This document shows positions 10,070 to 20,527 of a DNA stretch of 64,000 bases, one piece after another (within the stretch, counting starts at the first letter, position 1; every line of letters begins with the position of its first letter). This DNA is from Flavobacteriales bacterium (GTDB lineage Bacteria; Bacteroidota; Bacteroidia; Flavobacteriales; CAJXXR01), in contig JAOAQX010000029.1 in NCBI GenBank assembly GCA_025210805.1, positions 12,962 to 76,961 of the forward strand, read 5' to 3'. The position numbers and the translations under genes were made by a program. Below the pieces are notes generated by a model. That model saw nothing but the letters and a program-made list of their open reading frames with translations, searched no databases and was not told the DNA's origin.

Positions 10070-11269
10070 CTATAATAAATTCGGTTGATGCGATTTTAGT
10101 TCTTCAAAAAATGACCAAAAATCAGGATATGATTTATTGACCACCTTTTTGTTTGTTATTATTATGTCAGGATACAAAAATTGAATAGGAGCAAAGGATA
10201 ATGCAATTCTATGATCTTTATGCGTTTGTATTTCTGTCTTTTTATTTATTTGAATAGGTTCACCGTGGTAAGCCCAACAAAAACTATCATTAATAATTTT
10301 AATTTGGAGTTTTTTTAATTCCTCAGGCATTTTGTTATATCTATCACATTCTTTAACAACGAGAGATTCTAAGCCTGAAATTTCACATGGAATTTGTTTG
10401 ATAATACAAGTTATGAGTAATGTTTGAGCAATATCTGGACATTCTGTACAGTCTATTTTGAAATAACTAACAGCTTTTGATTTTTTTAGTAAAATCTTTT
10501 GATTTCTTTGAAAAACTGTTGTGACCCCTAGTTGATTGAATATTCGTGGAAGTACAGCGTCTCCTTGTGAAGATTCTGAGGTGAAGTAGCTCAACTCTAA
10601 TTCATTTATTATCCCACAAGCAACCATGGAATACCAATAGCTGGCAGAGCTCCAATCTGATTCTATTTTTGGAAAATCTTTTACCTTTAAAGTATCTGAT
10701 ACTGGGTATATTGAGATTTGATTATTTTTATAACTGCAATTAAGACCAGTGTTTTTTAAACAATCCAAGGTCATTTTTATATAGGATGTTGAACCTTGTT
10801 TGGGATGAAGTTGAAAGTTTAATTCTGTTTCAAGAAAAGGAGCGATGAGTAGGAGAGCAGTGATAAATTGACTGGAGGCTAATTTTTCAAGTGAAATACT
10901 TGTAGGAGATAATTTTGAGGAACTAATTTTTAGTGGTGCGAAGCCTTCTTTATTTAGGTAGCTTATTTCTGCACCCCATTTTCTGAGAATATCGACTAAA
11001 GGTGCTATTGGGCGTTCTTTAATCCTTTCAGATCCTGTGAGAATTATTTCTTCATTTTGTAAACAAGCCAAAGCCGTAAGAAATCGAAAAGCTGTACCTG
11101 TGTGACCCACATTCCAGTGATTTCCATGCTGTCCGTTCAAAATACTTTTGAGCACTTGAACATCATCAGCTGATGATAATTGAAGTTCATCAACATTATT
11201 CCCCAATAAGTGATGAAGGATCAAGTATCTGTTACACAAACTTTTTGACGGTTCTACCGTAATTTGCAT
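10070..11269 (-). CDS. aroA: 3-phosphoshikimate 1-carboxyvinyltransferase (EPSP synthase)
   Basis: 399 aa with PSKSLCNRYLIL near the N-terminus and DHRIALSFA near the C-terminus. Overlaps aroB by 16 nt. Confidence 0.85.
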   Translation of the reverse strand: MQITVEPSKSLCNRYLILHHLLGNNVDELQLSSADDVQVLKSILNGQHGNHWNVGHTGTAFRFLTALACLQNEEIILTGSERIKERPIAPLVDILRKWGAEISYLNKEGFAPLKISSSKLSPTSISLEKLASSQFITALLLIAPFLETELNFQLHPKQGSTSYIKMTLDCLKNTGLNCSYKNNQISIYPVSDTLKVKDFPKIESDWSSASYWYSMVACGIINELELSYFTSESSQGDAVLPRIFNQLGVTTVFQRNQKILLKKSKAVSYFKIDCTECPDIAQTLLITCIIKQIPCEISGLESLVVKECDRYNKMPEELKKLQIKIINDSFCWAYHGEPIQINKKTEIQTHKDHRIALSFAPIQFLYPDIIITNKKVVNKSYPDFWSFFEELKSHQPNLL

Positions 11270-12309
11270 AATAATTTCTTTAGATAATTAATAGTATCTA
11301 GAATTCGAGTTTGATCAATAGGAATATCAATGGTGCAAGATCCTATTGATTTGATTAGAACAAAATTACATTTATTATTGTGATTTTTCTTATCTTGTTG
11401 GATGAATGGTATTAATTCAGAGTTAATTAAGTTAATGTGCTTGTATGAATGGTATTTTTGAAGTAAAAATTCTAGATCAATCATTTCATTTTTATAAAAT
11501 TGGGCACTAAGAAAGCACTCAGCGTATAAGCCCAAGATTACGGCTTCTCCGTGCAGAATATCAATCTGTTTTTTGTGTGCTAAAGTTTCAATGGCATGAG
11601 CAAAAGTATGTCCGAAATTTAAGGACTTACGTATTCCACTTTCTTTTTTATCTTGTTGAACAATATGAGATTTTATTTCGATGGATTTTCTAAGAATCTC
11701 TTCCCAACTCAGTCGTTCATTAATCGTATCATCAAAATATTTTGCATCAGCAATTAATCCATGTTTATAAATTTCGGCATAACCATTTAGTATATTTCGT
11801 TTATCCAGTGTTTTAAGATAGCGTTCATCTATAATAACAGCTTTTGGATCCGAAAATGCACCTAATTGATTTTTATATCCTTGAAAATTAATACCAACTT
11901 TAGACCCTACTGACGCATCTACTTGAGATAAAACGGTTGTAGGAATATTAATAAAATCAATTCCTCTTTTATAGGTAGAAGCAACAAACCCTCCTAAATC
12001 TGTAACGACTCCTCCGCCTAAATTTACCAATAACGCCTTACGATCAATTTTTAGTTGAGTCATTTTTTCCCATAGAAGTGTACAAGTTTCAAGTGTTTTA
12101 TGTTTTTCTCCACCTTCCATTTCTAATAATTCGTAATTATTTAACGAAGAAAAGGAGAGAAATTTAGATAAACAATGTATCTTTGCCCTCTTATCTACTA
12201 GGATGAGGATTTTTGAATATTCTTTGGGATATATTTGGCTAAAGGCTTGATAGGCATTATCGATTGATATGCCAGTATAAATAGGGTATCCGTTTTCTAA
12301 AAATTCCAT
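11254..12309 (-). CDS. aroB: 3-dehydroquinate synthase
   Basis: 351 aa. NAD-binding GGGVVTDLGGFVAS and metal-binding region LNFGHTFAHAIE. Confidence 0.9.
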   Translation of the reverse strand: MEFLENGYPIYTGISIDNAYQAFSQIYPKEYSKILILVDKRAKIHCLSKFLSFSSLNNYELLEMEGGEKHKTLETCTLLWEKMTQLKIDRKALLVNLGGGVVTDLGGFVASTYKRGIDFINIPTTVLSQVDASVGSKVGINFQGYKNQLGAFSDPKAVIIDERYLKTLDKRNILNGYAEIYKHGLIADAKYFDDTINERLSWEEILRKSIEIKSHIVQQDKKESGIRKSLNFGHTFAHAIETLAHKKQIDILHGEAVILGLYAECFLSAQFYKNEMIDLEFLLQKYHSYKHINLINSELIPFIQQDKKNHNNKCNFVLIKSIGSCTIDIPIDQTRILDTINYLKKLLCKLR

Positions 12310-12442
12310 CTTTACAAAGATAAAGCATTTCCCTTGGGAATTTATTTTTATTAGCAGAAAAAAGATTAATTAACAAACTTATGAACAAAAAATGTTTTTT
12401 GGGCATAATTTTTGTGTTATTTTTCTATTAAAAAAGAGATCC

Positions 12443-13312
12443 ATGAGACAACTGAAAATTAGTAAGCAATTGACCAATCGAGATAGTCTCTCGATTAATA
12501 AATACCTTCATGAAGTAGCAAAAACTGAACTCCTTACGCCAGATGAGGAAGTGGAGTACGCTACTCGAATTCAAAAGAACCCAAATGATACCGAAGCTTT
12601 GGAGAAATTGGTAAACGCCAATTTACGTTTCGTAGTTTCTGTTGCTAAGCAGTATCAATCTACAGGGATTCCTTTAGAAGATTTGATTAGTGATGGGAAT
12701 ATTGGTTTAATTAAAGCTGCTCAAAAATTTGATCCTACAAAAGGTTTTAAATTTATCTCTTACGCTGTTTGGTGGATTCGTCAGTCAATCATGGCTTCTT
12801 TGGGGGAAACTTCAAGAATGATTCGTATTCCTGCCAATAAAATTGCTCAGATTAAGCAAATAAACGAATTCCGTTTAGAACTAAGTCATAAATTGGAAAG
12901 AGAACCTTCTCCATTAGAAATTGCTCAAGAATATGATGTTGCAATTGAATTGGTAATCGAATCTCAAAAAATCTCTAGAGGTCCTGTTTCAATGGATGCA
13001 CCCGTTCAGGAAGATGAGAAATCAAAAATTGGAGATTTAATGGAAGATTCAGATATGGATCGTCCAGATGATGGATTAGAAATAGAATCTTTAAATTCAG
13101 ATATTCTTGATGTAGTGGAGAAACTTCCGCTAAAAGAACGAATTGTTATTACAGAATATTTTGGATTGTTCGGTTCTTCTCAAAAATCTTATGTAGAAAT
13201 TGCCGAAAGATTGGATATCTCAAAAGAACGTGTAAGACAAATAAAACTTAAAGCCATTAAAAGGCTACAGAGAATTTCAAGAAATTCTCCATTGAAATAC
13301 CATTTAGGTTAA
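12443..13312 (+). CDS. rpoD: Primary RNA polymerase sigma factor (sigma-70 family, Bacteroidota SigA type)
   Basis: Region 2 (NLRFVVSVAKQY, GNIGLIKAAQKFD, FISYAVWWIRQSI) and region 4 (ERVRQIKLKAIKRL). Start placed at ATG 12443 (MRQLKISKQ) rather than the ORF-track start 12392. Confidence 0.9.
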   Translation: MRQLKISKQLTNRDSLSINKYLHEVAKTELLTPDEEVEYATRIQKNPNDTEALEKLVNANLRFVVSVAKQYQSTGIPLEDLISDGNIGLIKAAQKFDPTKGFKFISYAVWWIRQSIMASLGETSRMIRIPANKIAQIKQINEFRLELSHKLEREPSPLEIAQEYDVAIELVIESQKISRGPVSMDAPVQEDEKSKIGDLMEDSDMDRPDDGLEIESLNSDILDVVEKLPLKERIVITEYFGLFGSSQKSYVEIAERLDISKERVRQIKLKAIKRLQRISRNSPLKYHLG

Positions 13313-13351
13313 ACACATAAAGATATATTTATATTTGTTGTGAAAGCAGAG

Positions 13352-13380
13352 AAGTCATCTATTTTTAGATGGCTTTTTTG
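13352..13380 (+). terminator. Rho-independent terminator after rpoD
   Basis: aagtcatct / agatggctt stem (one G-U pair) followed by a T-run. Confidence 0.6.
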
Positions 13381-13473
13381 TTTTCAATATTTTTTTTTGC
13401 ATTTCGGAATTTCTTATCGAGAATAGAAATGCCTTGTAAAAAATACGTACATTTGAATGAAAAGATAATAAAA

Positions 13474-13935
13474 ATGACCACTTTAAAAATAGGAGATCAA
13501 GCGCCTCAATTTCAGGGGATCGATCAAAATGAAAAACATATTTCATTAAAAGATTTTGAGGGTAAGAAACTTATTTTGTTTTTCTATCCTAAAGACAATA
13601 CACCAGGATGCACCGCTGAAGCTTGTAATTTGAGAGATCATTTTTCTGAATTAAAAGATCAAGGTTTCGAAATGCTAGGAGTGAGCCCAGATTCAGCTGT
13701 AAAACATCAAAAATTTATTGCTAAACATGAATTCCCATTTGATTTATTAGCAGATGAAGAAAAAGTGGTTTTAAATCAATTTGAAGTTTGGGGACCAAAG
13801 AAATTTATGGGTAGAGAATTTGATGGAGTTCATAGAACCACTTTTGTTATTGATGAGAATGGAGTTATTGAACATATCATTCAAAAAGTGAAAACAAAGG
13901 CACACGCCGAACAAATTTTAGATTTATATAAGTAG
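13474..13935 (+). CDS. bcp: Thioredoxin-dependent thiol peroxidase (peroxiredoxin Bcp)
   Basis: FYPKDNTPGCTAEAC peroxidatic Cys motif. Start placed at ATG 13474 (MTTLKIGDQAP). The upstream ORF extension is hydrophobic junk overlapping the rpoD terminator. Confidence 0.85.
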   Translation: MTTLKIGDQAPQFQGIDQNEKHISLKDFEGKKLILFFYPKDNTPGCTAEACNLRDHFSELKDQGFEMLGVSPDSAVKHQKFIAKHEFPFDLLADEEKVVLNQFEVWGPKKFMGREFDGVHRTTFVIDENGVIEHIIQKVKTKAHAEQILDLYK

Positions 13936-13996
13936 TGACACTAGTTGTCATTATTGAGCATTACTTTTGTAAACAAATCAACGAAAAAAAAGAAAG

Positions 13997-15001
13997 ATGA
14001 GCGATAATAAAGAAAAAGAAGCAAAACTGAAAGCACTTAAACTTACCATGGAAAAACTAGATAAAACCTATGGTAAGGGTACAATTATGAAATTGGGTGA
14101 TAGCCCAGTTGTAGATGTCGAGCCTATTTCTACAGGTTCAATAGGTTTGGATGTTGCTTTAGGAATTGGTGGATTTCCAAAAGGAAGAATCATCGAAATA
14201 TATGGACCTGAATCTTCTGGTAAAACTACTTTGGCAATTCATGCCATTGCAGAAGCTCAAAAAACTGGTGGAATAGCAGCTTTTATTGATGCAGAACACG
14301 CTTTTGATAAGTTTTATGCAGAAAATCTTGGTGTAGATACAGATAATCTATTAATCTCCCAACCAGATCACGGAGAGCAAGCACTAGAAATTGCAGATAA
14401 TTTGATTCGTTCGGGTGCAATAGATATTATTGTAATAGATTCGGTTGCAGCATTGACTCCAAAATCTGAAATAGAGGGAGATATGGGAGATTCAAAAATG
14501 GGTCTACAAGCACGATTGATGTCTCAAGCACTAAGAAAATTAACAGGTTCTATCAATAAAACAGGGTGTACTTGTATCTTTATTAATCAATTGAGAGATA
14601 AGATTGGAGTAATGTTTGGATCTCCAGAAACTACCACAGGAGGTAACGCTTTGAAATTTTATTCTTCTGTAAGAATAGACATTAGAAGAAGTACGCAAAT
14701 AAAAAGCGGTGATCAAGTTCTTGGGAACAAAACGAGAGTAAAAGTTGTGAAGAATAAAGTAGCACCACCTTTCCGTTCGGTAGAATTTGATATTATGTAT
14801 GGAAAAGGAATCTCAAAAGTAGGTGAATTAGTAGATCTTGGAACAGATTACGAAGTACTAAAGAAGAGTGGTTCTTGGTATAGCTATGGAGATATCAAGC
14901 TAGGGCAAGGACGTGATAGTGTTAAGCAGTTGTTTGAAGATAATTTAGAATTGGCTGCTGAAGTAGAAGAGAAAATCCGAATTGCAATTTCAGGAGAATA
15001 A
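13997..15001 (+). CDS. recA: Recombinase RecA
   Basis: 334 aa. Walker [11 protein letters not shown] and FIDAEHA; conserved throughout. A TACTTTTG -7 box lies at 13962-13969. Confidence 0.97.
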   Translation: MSDNKEKEAKLKALKLTMEKLDKTYGKGTIMKLGDSPVVDVEPISTGSIGLDVALGIGGFPKGRIIEIYGPESSGKTTLAIHAIAEAQKTGGIAAFIDAEHAFDKFYAENLGVDTDNLLISQPDHGEQALEIADNLIRSGAIDIIVIDSVAALTPKSEIEGDMGDSKMGLQARLMSQALRKLTGSINKTGCTCIFINQLRDKIGVMFGSPETTTGGNALKFYSSVRIDIRRSTQIKSGDQVLGNKTRVKVVKNKVAPPFRSVEFDIMYGKGISKVGELVDLGTDYEVLKKSGSWYSYGDIKLGQGRDSVKQLFEDNLELAAEVEEKIRIAISGE

Positions 15002-15031
15002 CACTATAAAGGTATTATATTATTAGGCATG

Positions 15032-15059
15032 AATCCCCACTAAAAGTGGGGATTTTTTT
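15032..15059 (+). terminator. Rho-independent terminator after recA
   Basis: aatccccac taaaa gtggggatt followed by T7. Confidence 0.8.
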
Positions 15060-15081
15060 GTCTTTTAGTTGCCCGATAACC

Positions 15082-16053
15082 CTATTGAGAATTTTTCAAA
15101 AATAGAATTTGTTCTTTTAGAAATATCCCTAAATCATAACCACGGTAATGAATTTGTTGAGGAATAAAACTTTCTTTTGTCATACCAGGAATAGTGTTTA
15201 TTTCTATCATTTTGGGTTTATTATCCTCAATGATAAAATCTATTCGGCAAATTCCTTGAAGTTCAAATTTTTGATAAATATCTTTTGCTAAGGCAAACAC
15301 TTTTTGCGTCAATTCATTGGAAATCCGAGCGGGAGTAATTTCATCTGAAGCACCATGATATTTAGATTCGAAATCAAAAAAGTCGTTATGAGCAACTACT
15401 TCAGTAATTGCAAGTTCTTGAATCCCTAATTCATTTCTATAAACACCACAAGTAACCTCAGTGCCTTTCATTTCTTTTTCAATCAAGCATTTTGAATCAA
15501 ACTCAAAGGCGTGATTAATGGCCTTTTCTAAATCTTTTTGTTCATGAACTTTACTTACTCCAAAGCTAGAGCCCGATCTGCAGGCTTTTACAAAAACTGG
15601 AAAGTCAAAAGAGAGATCGCAAGTCGGTTTTTTCTCAAAATCAGATTTTTGAACTACGATAGACTCTGCAATGGGAATTCCGTATGACTTTGCTAATTGA
15701 ATACTCATGGCTTTATCAAAGGTAACTTGTGCCATCATAGGGCTACAACTCGAGTGAGGAATATTGAGCATTTCAAAATAAGCCGCTAATAACCCATCTT
15801 CAGCTGGAGTTCCATGAATGATAAGATAGACAAAATCAAATGAAATTTTTTGATTTTGGATGACAACCGAAAAATCATTTTTATCAATAGGAAATTCTTT
15901 GTTTTGAAATTCACAAAACCAGTTGTTATCTTCTATTTTAATAGAATATACTTCTTCAAAAACGCCCAATAAGGATTCCATTACTGTTTGAGCACTTTTA
16001 TAGGACACAATTTTCTCAGAGCTGAAACCGCCGCTGATTACCGCAATTTTCAT
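15082..16053 (-). CDS. ddl: D-alanine--D-alanine ligase
   Basis: 323 aa with ATP-grasp architecture. Motifs HGTPAEDG, FVKACRSGSSFGVSKV and EINTIPGMT. Confidence 0.9.
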   Translation of the reverse strand: MKIAVISGGFSSEKIVSYKSAQTVMESLLGVFEEVYSIKIEDNNWFCEFQNKEFPIDKNDFSVVIQNQKISFDFVYLIIHGTPAEDGLLAAYFEMLNIPHSSCSPMMAQVTFDKAMSIQLAKSYGIPIAESIVVQKSDFEKKPTCDLSFDFPVFVKACRSGSSFGVSKVHEQKDLEKAINHAFEFDSKCLIEKEMKGTEVTCGVYRNELGIQELAITEVVAHNDFFDFESKYHGASDEITPARISNELTQKVFALAKDIYQKFELQGICRIDFIIEDNKPKMIEINTIPGMTKESFIPQQIHYRGYDLGIFLKEQILFLKNSQ

Positions 16054-16054
16054 T

Positions 16055-16675
16055 TTAGTTGTTTTTTGCTTTTTTGTTTGAAAAGTCTCTTTTTATTTCT
16101 CTTAATTTCACTTTAGCAAAGTTTCTTAATTCCTCAAAAAAAGTTGTAAACTCCTCTTCAAAATCTTGATAATTCTCATCTAAATCAATAATCGCTAAAT
16201 TCATTTTCGAACGATTTTTTGTACGGTGATTCATTTGATGTAAAATTTTGGCAATTCCTTCTTTATGAGCATAACTCAATAGCCAATTATCTTTGATCAT
16301 AAAAGGCATCATTCTTTGAGTTTGAATAGGTAATATATCAAAATATTCATCTAGTGAATGATAAAATTCATCAACAAATAAGTCCAGTTCTTTAGCGTGA
16401 TAGTTTTTCCAGTTTTTTGCCAAAAAATGATCATAGATAATATCTACAATTACGGGACTGTAATGTCGATAGTTTTTGAACAGCCTTTTTTTGCTTTTTC
16501 TAAATATGGGATGCGCATCAGTAAAAGTATCAATGGCTCTGTGTAAAACAATTCCCATGCGTATTTTTTCGGGGAAATACTGGAAATTATTGCTTGGTAA
16601 GCTATCCGCAATGAAGTTCCCTATTGCTATTTCTTTATCTTCATCAGAAAGGTAAATATGAGCTAGAAAATTCAT
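16055..16675 (-). CDS. acpH: Acyl carrier protein phosphodiesterase (AcpH family)
   Basis: N-terminal MNFLAHIYLS and the downstream His-rich segments are typical of AcpH. The start overlaps the stop of the upstream gene (ATGA). Confidence 0.7.
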   Translation of the reverse strand: MNFLAHIYLSDEDKEIAIGNFIADSLPSNNFQYFPEKIRMGIVLHRAIDTFTDAHPIFRKSKKRLFKNYRHYSPVIVDIIYDHFLAKNWKNYHAKELDLFVDEFYHSLDEYFDILPIQTQRMMPFMIKDNWLLSYAHKEGIAKILHQMNHRTKNRSKMNLAIIDLDENYQDFEEEFTTFFEELRNFAKVKLREIKRDFSNKKAKNN

Positions 16676-18456
16676 TCTTTATCTTTTGCTTGTAAGGCAT
16701 CTAAACGTTGCTGATGATCAAAGTTTTCGTCTTTTGCAAATTTCTGAATTGTCTCCATAGGTAGTTTTGCAAAATCTAAAAGAACCAAAGCATCTAAGCA
16801 ATTTGAAAAATTTGGATCTACATTAAACCCTAGCACACGTGCATTTTGACCTATATACTTTTTTATCAACACGGGAATTCTATTATGTTGTTGGTCCAAC
16901 TCATCAATGAGGTTATCTAGGTCATTTAAATTATGCTCCCCAGATTCTAAAATAGTTTTTACCATTTTCTTCTTTTTAAGAACAAAAGGATTTCGAGGCT
17001 TAACTAAATTACTAAGGTCTTGATCCATATAATGTTCCTTCAAGAAGCCTACAATAAGTTCTTTAGAAATTCTGGAATATGAATTACTAATAGAAACAGC
17101 CCCAAAAAGGTAACGATTGTTTTCAAAACGAATTAAAAGCTGAAGAATTCCTTGCCACAAAAACATCAAAGTAATAGGATGTTTCTGATATTCTTGGCGA
17201 ATAAAGGATCTACCGAGTTCCATAGATTGATCGAGATAGCGGTTCATTTCAGATTTGTATCTAAACAATTCATAAGTATAAAACCCTGGTTTTCCGTATT
17301 TGCTCATAATTTCGTCACCGAAACCAACACGATAGGACCCTACTATCATTTCTTTCTCTTTATCCCAGATAAAAAGATGCTTATAATAGTAGTCATAATT
17401 ATCTAAATCATAAGGTTTTCCAGATCCTTCTCCTACTGCCCGAAAGGTGATTTCACGAAGTCTTCCTATTTCTTTTATAATATTTGGATATTCTTTTGCT
17501 CCAATAAGATACAACTGGAAGTTTTTCCGTTCGATCAAGAGATTTTCTTCTGAAATTTTAGAAATTTCGGCAAGAACTAAGGACTTTGGTGTTTCTACCG
17601 CAATAGATTCCATTGCGGTATTATTATTACTAACAAAAAGTGATTTTAAACTCCACTTAGAAGTATCACATTTAAGCGCTTTTAGTTTTGTTCTTAGTTG
17701 CTTCTGAAAAGTGCGTTTTTTTAGATAAGAAATTTGATCAGCAGAACTGATTTTTTTAGAAATTCTAATGACTATAGAAAGTTCCTTTTTCTCGAAATCA
17801 TCTTTTGTTAATGAAAATAAAAAACTATTAAAAACTCTTTGCCTAATTCTACTGTTGGAATCCAATAAAATGGCATGAATGTCATTAGGATATTGTTTTA
17901 AGAAATCAATAAATCGATCTTTAAGTTCAAAATCTAAAGGGTCTTCAATTTTATTAAGAGGTGTTTTCGTTTTTTTGAAAGGCAATGCACATATTAGTCC
18001 ACCTTGTGCCAAGTGAGCTTTTGCTTTTTCATTTATTGCTGGTGAGTTTGCTAAAGGATCAATTCCTTTTTCTTTTTTTTCTAATGGAATGATATGAGAT
18101 TCTAGAAAATCTAAACAAGCTAATTTTTTAGGAGCGATAATTTTAACATCTTTACGAACTCCCAAAGCTAATTTGAGAATTAGAAGGTAAGAAAAATAAT
18201 CTTTTGCATAATGAGAATACAAAATTTTAGCACCATCTTTAGAGATACGTTTAAGCTCTTTTTCTGTAAATTTTATGTTAATAGGACTCTTCTCAAAAAA
18301 AGAATTTAACACATAAGTAGTTTTATGGGTTTCAGTTGGGTTCTTTTGAGCGTCGTATTTTTTTGAAATAATAGCCAATTCATCCAAAATCTTTTGATTG
18401 ATTCTAGGATTAAAAGGGTTTCCATCAGATTTTTGTACGTTTTCTGAGTCTATCAT
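16672..18456 (-). CDS. Bifunctional acyltransferase, OlsF-like (lyso-lipid O-acyltransferase-like N-terminus plus OlsB/hemolysin-type GNAT N-acyltransferase)
   Basis: 594 aa. The central/C-terminal part has the OlsB-type signature ITFRAVGEGSGKPYDLDNYDYYYKHLFIWD. Size and two-module layout match OlsF-type aminolipid synthases of Flavobacteriia. The N-terminal HX4D motif is not clearly preserved (SHYAKD). Confidence 0.55.
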   Translation of the reverse strand: MIDSENVQKSDGNPFNPRINQKILDELAIISKKYDAQKNPTETHKTTYVLNSFFEKSPINIKFTEKELKRISKDGAKILYSHYAKDYFSYLLILKLALGVRKDVKIIAPKKLACLDFLESHIIPLEKKEKGIDPLANSPAINEKAKAHLAQGGLICALPFKKTKTPLNKIEDPLDFELKDRFIDFLKQYPNDIHAILLDSNSRIRQRVFNSFLFSLTKDDFEKKELSIVIRISKKISSADQISYLKKRTFQKQLRTKLKALKCDTSKWSLKSLFVSNNNTAMESIAVETPKSLVLAEISKISEENLLIERKNFQLYLIGAKEYPNIIKEIGRLREITFRAVGEGSGKPYDLDNYDYYYKHLFIWDKEKEMIVGSYRVGFGDEIMSKYGKPGFYTYELFRYKSEMNRYLDQSMELGRSFIRQEYQKHPITLMFLWQGILQLLIRFENNRYLFGAVSISNSYSRISKELIVGFLKEHYMDQDLSNLVKPRNPFVLKKKKMVKTILESGEHNLNDLDNLIDELDQQHNRIPVLIKKYIGQNARVLGFNVDPNFSNCLDALVLLDFAKLPMETIQKFAKDENFDHQQRLDALQAKDKE

Positions 18457-18736
18457 ATTTAATGACTGGTTAAGAAAACTAAGTTAGAAAAAAATATGCT
18501 TTTAGAGCTGTATTTTTGATGAATGTTTGGTTCTTTTCGCTTAATGATAAATTAATATTCAATTTAACTACATAAATCTCAAAAAAAGCATGGATATTGC
18601 CGCACTCGAAAAAGCAATCCCTCACTTAAAAAAGGTAAATTTGTGCTGCCAAAAGAAAAAACAATTTCTTAAAAATCTTTTGTAACTACTTTTTGATACT
18701 TTAGATTCAAGAAATGAACAATTAATAAAAAGACCT

Positions 18737-20524
18737 ATGCCTCCATTTGGAAGAAAAAAAGAAAAGGACGAAAAGAAAATAAAACTGAGTAAGAAAAATT
18801 GGAAAAATGGTTTGAGAATCTATCGTTATCTCATTCCATATAGATTTACGTTTTCCATTGGGTTGGTTTTTTTATTTTTATCAAGTTTAGCCTCTCTAAT
18901 ATTTCCTAAATATTTAGGAAAACTTGTTCAACAAGCCACAGAGAAAAGTACGGATTTTGAAAACATCAATAATATCGCTTTGATTTTATTAGGATTATTT
19001 GCTTTGCAAGCAGTTTTTTCTTATTTCAGGGTCGTATTATTTATTAATGTTACTGAAAAATCATTAGCAGATTTAAGGAAAGATTTTTTTAATCATGTGG
19101 TGAAACTCCCCATGCATTTTTTTAATACCAATAGAGTGGGAGAGCTTTCTAGTCGATTATCATCTGACATAGCTTTATTAAGAGAAACTTTAACGACCAC
19201 ATCTGCCGAAATTTTAAGACAAGTTATCGTATTACTTATTGGAACAGCGATGTTGTTTATGGCATCAGCTAGGTTGGCCTTATTCATGTTGGCTATTTTA
19301 CCAATTATTGTATTGCTGGCGGTGTTTTTTGGGAAAAAATTGAGAAAATACTCAAAAATGGTTCAAGGAAAAATAGCCGATTCGCAAACTATTGTAGATG
19401 AGGTTTTTCAAGCTATTCAAAATGTAAAAGCGTTTAGCAATGAACTTTTTGAGGTGAAACGATTTAGTATTCAAGTAAATGAAATCAAGGATTTATCCAT
19501 AAAAGGAGGGAAACTTAGAGCTGCTTTTATTTCTTTTGTAGTTTTTGGAGTTTTTGGATCCATTGTAGCCGTTGTATGGTATGGAGTTCACATGATTCAA
19601 TCTGGTTCTCTTACAATTGGTGGCTTAACAGAGTTTCTTTTTCTTACGGTATTTATTGCTGCAAGTTTAGGGAGTTTGGGTGATCTTTATACGCAATTCC
19701 AAAAAGCAGTAGGAGCCTCTGATAAACTTATGGAAATTTTAGATGAAACTCAAGAGAATTTAGAGGATGAGAATGGGCAAATAAAAAAGCTAAATGGGGC
19801 AATTTCTTTAAAGAATTTAAAATTTGCATATCCATCCAGACCAGAAATGGACGTTTTGAAAGGAATTGATTTAGAAATAAAACCAGGAGAACAAATTGCA
19901 ATTGTTGGAGGGTCTGGAGCTGGAAAATCAACCTTAGCTGCAATCTTGTATCAATTTTATCAGCTCAATGCAGGAGAACTTTTATTTGATGGAGTCAACG
20001 CTAAAGAGTTACAACTTGCCAATATCAGAAATCAAATGGCAATAGTTCCTCAAGAATTAGTCCTTTTTGGAGGAACAATAAAGGAAAATATTGCCTACGG
20101 AAAACCAGAAGCAAGTATGGAGGAAATAGAAGAAGCTGCCAAAAAGGCATTTGCTCATGAATTTATTGACTCTTTCCCAGAAGGATATGAAACTATTGTT
20201 GGTGATAGAGGAGTTCAGTTATCTGGAGGGCAGAGGCAAAGAGTCGCAATTGCACGTGCAATTCTTAAAAATCCTAAGATTTTGATTCTTGATGAAGCAA
20301 CATCTGCACTGGATTCTGAATCAGAAGAATATGTACAGAAAGCACTCGAGGTTTTGATGAAAGAAAGAACGTCAATTGTCATTGCGCATAGATTATCAAC
20401 TGTCAGAAAGGCGGATAAAATAGTAGTAATGAAAGACGGTAAAGTTATTGAAGAAGGAAACCATGAAGCATTAATGGAAATCCAAGAAGGCTTCTACAGA
20501 AATATGAAAACACTACAATTATAG
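18737..20524 (+). CDS. ABC exporter, fused permease/ATPase (MsbA/multidrug type)
   Basis: 595 aa. Six-TM N-terminal domain, Walker A GGSGAGKST, signature LSGGQRQRVAIARA, Walker B ILILDEATSALD. Confidence 0.85.
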   Translation: MPPFGRKKEKDEKKIKLSKKNWKNGLRIYRYLIPYRFTFSIGLVFLFLSSLASLIFPKYLGKLVQQATEKSTDFENINNIALILLGLFALQAVFSYFRVVLFINVTEKSLADLRKDFFNHVVKLPMHFFNTNRVGELSSRLSSDIALLRETLTTTSAEILRQVIVLLIGTAMLFMASARLALFMLAILPIIVLLAVFFGKKLRKYSKMVQGKIADSQTIVDEVFQAIQNVKAFSNELFEVKRFSIQVNEIKDLSIKGGKLRAAFISFVVFGVFGSIVAVVWYGVHMIQSGSLTIGGLTEFLFLTVFIAASLGSLGDLYTQFQKAVGASDKLMEILDETQENLEDENGQIKKLNGAISLKNLKFAYPSRPEMDVLKGIDLEIKPGEQIAIVGGSGAGKSTLAAILYQFYQLNAGELLFDGVNAKELQLANIRNQMAIVPQELVLFGGTIKENIAYGKPEASMEEIEEAAKKAFAHEFIDSFPEGYETIVGDRGVQLSGGQRQRVAIARAILKNPKILILDEATSALDSESEEYVQKALEVLMKERTSIVIAHRLSTVRKADKIVVMKDGKVIEEGNHEALMEIQEGFYRNMKTLQL

Positions 20525-20527
20525 CAC

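Noticed and set aside
13355-13546. 63-aa minus-strand ORF and the 35-aa N-terminal extension of the bcp ORF (13369-13473)
   Set aside because: Both overlap the rpoD terminator and the bcp promoter region. Bcp homologues begin at the MTTLKIGDQAP-type N-terminus.
17152-17707. Plus-strand ORFs 17152-17406 and 17447-17707
   Set aside because: Antisense to the OlsF-like gene, with no independent signals.
18457-18736. 280-nt divergent intergenic region with a 30-aa ORF (MDIAALEKAIPHLKK...), considered as a riboswitch, leader peptide or SRP-like RNA
   Set aside because: No recognisable riboswitch or SRP consensus and no stable long hairpins seen. It is most simply a divergent promoter region.
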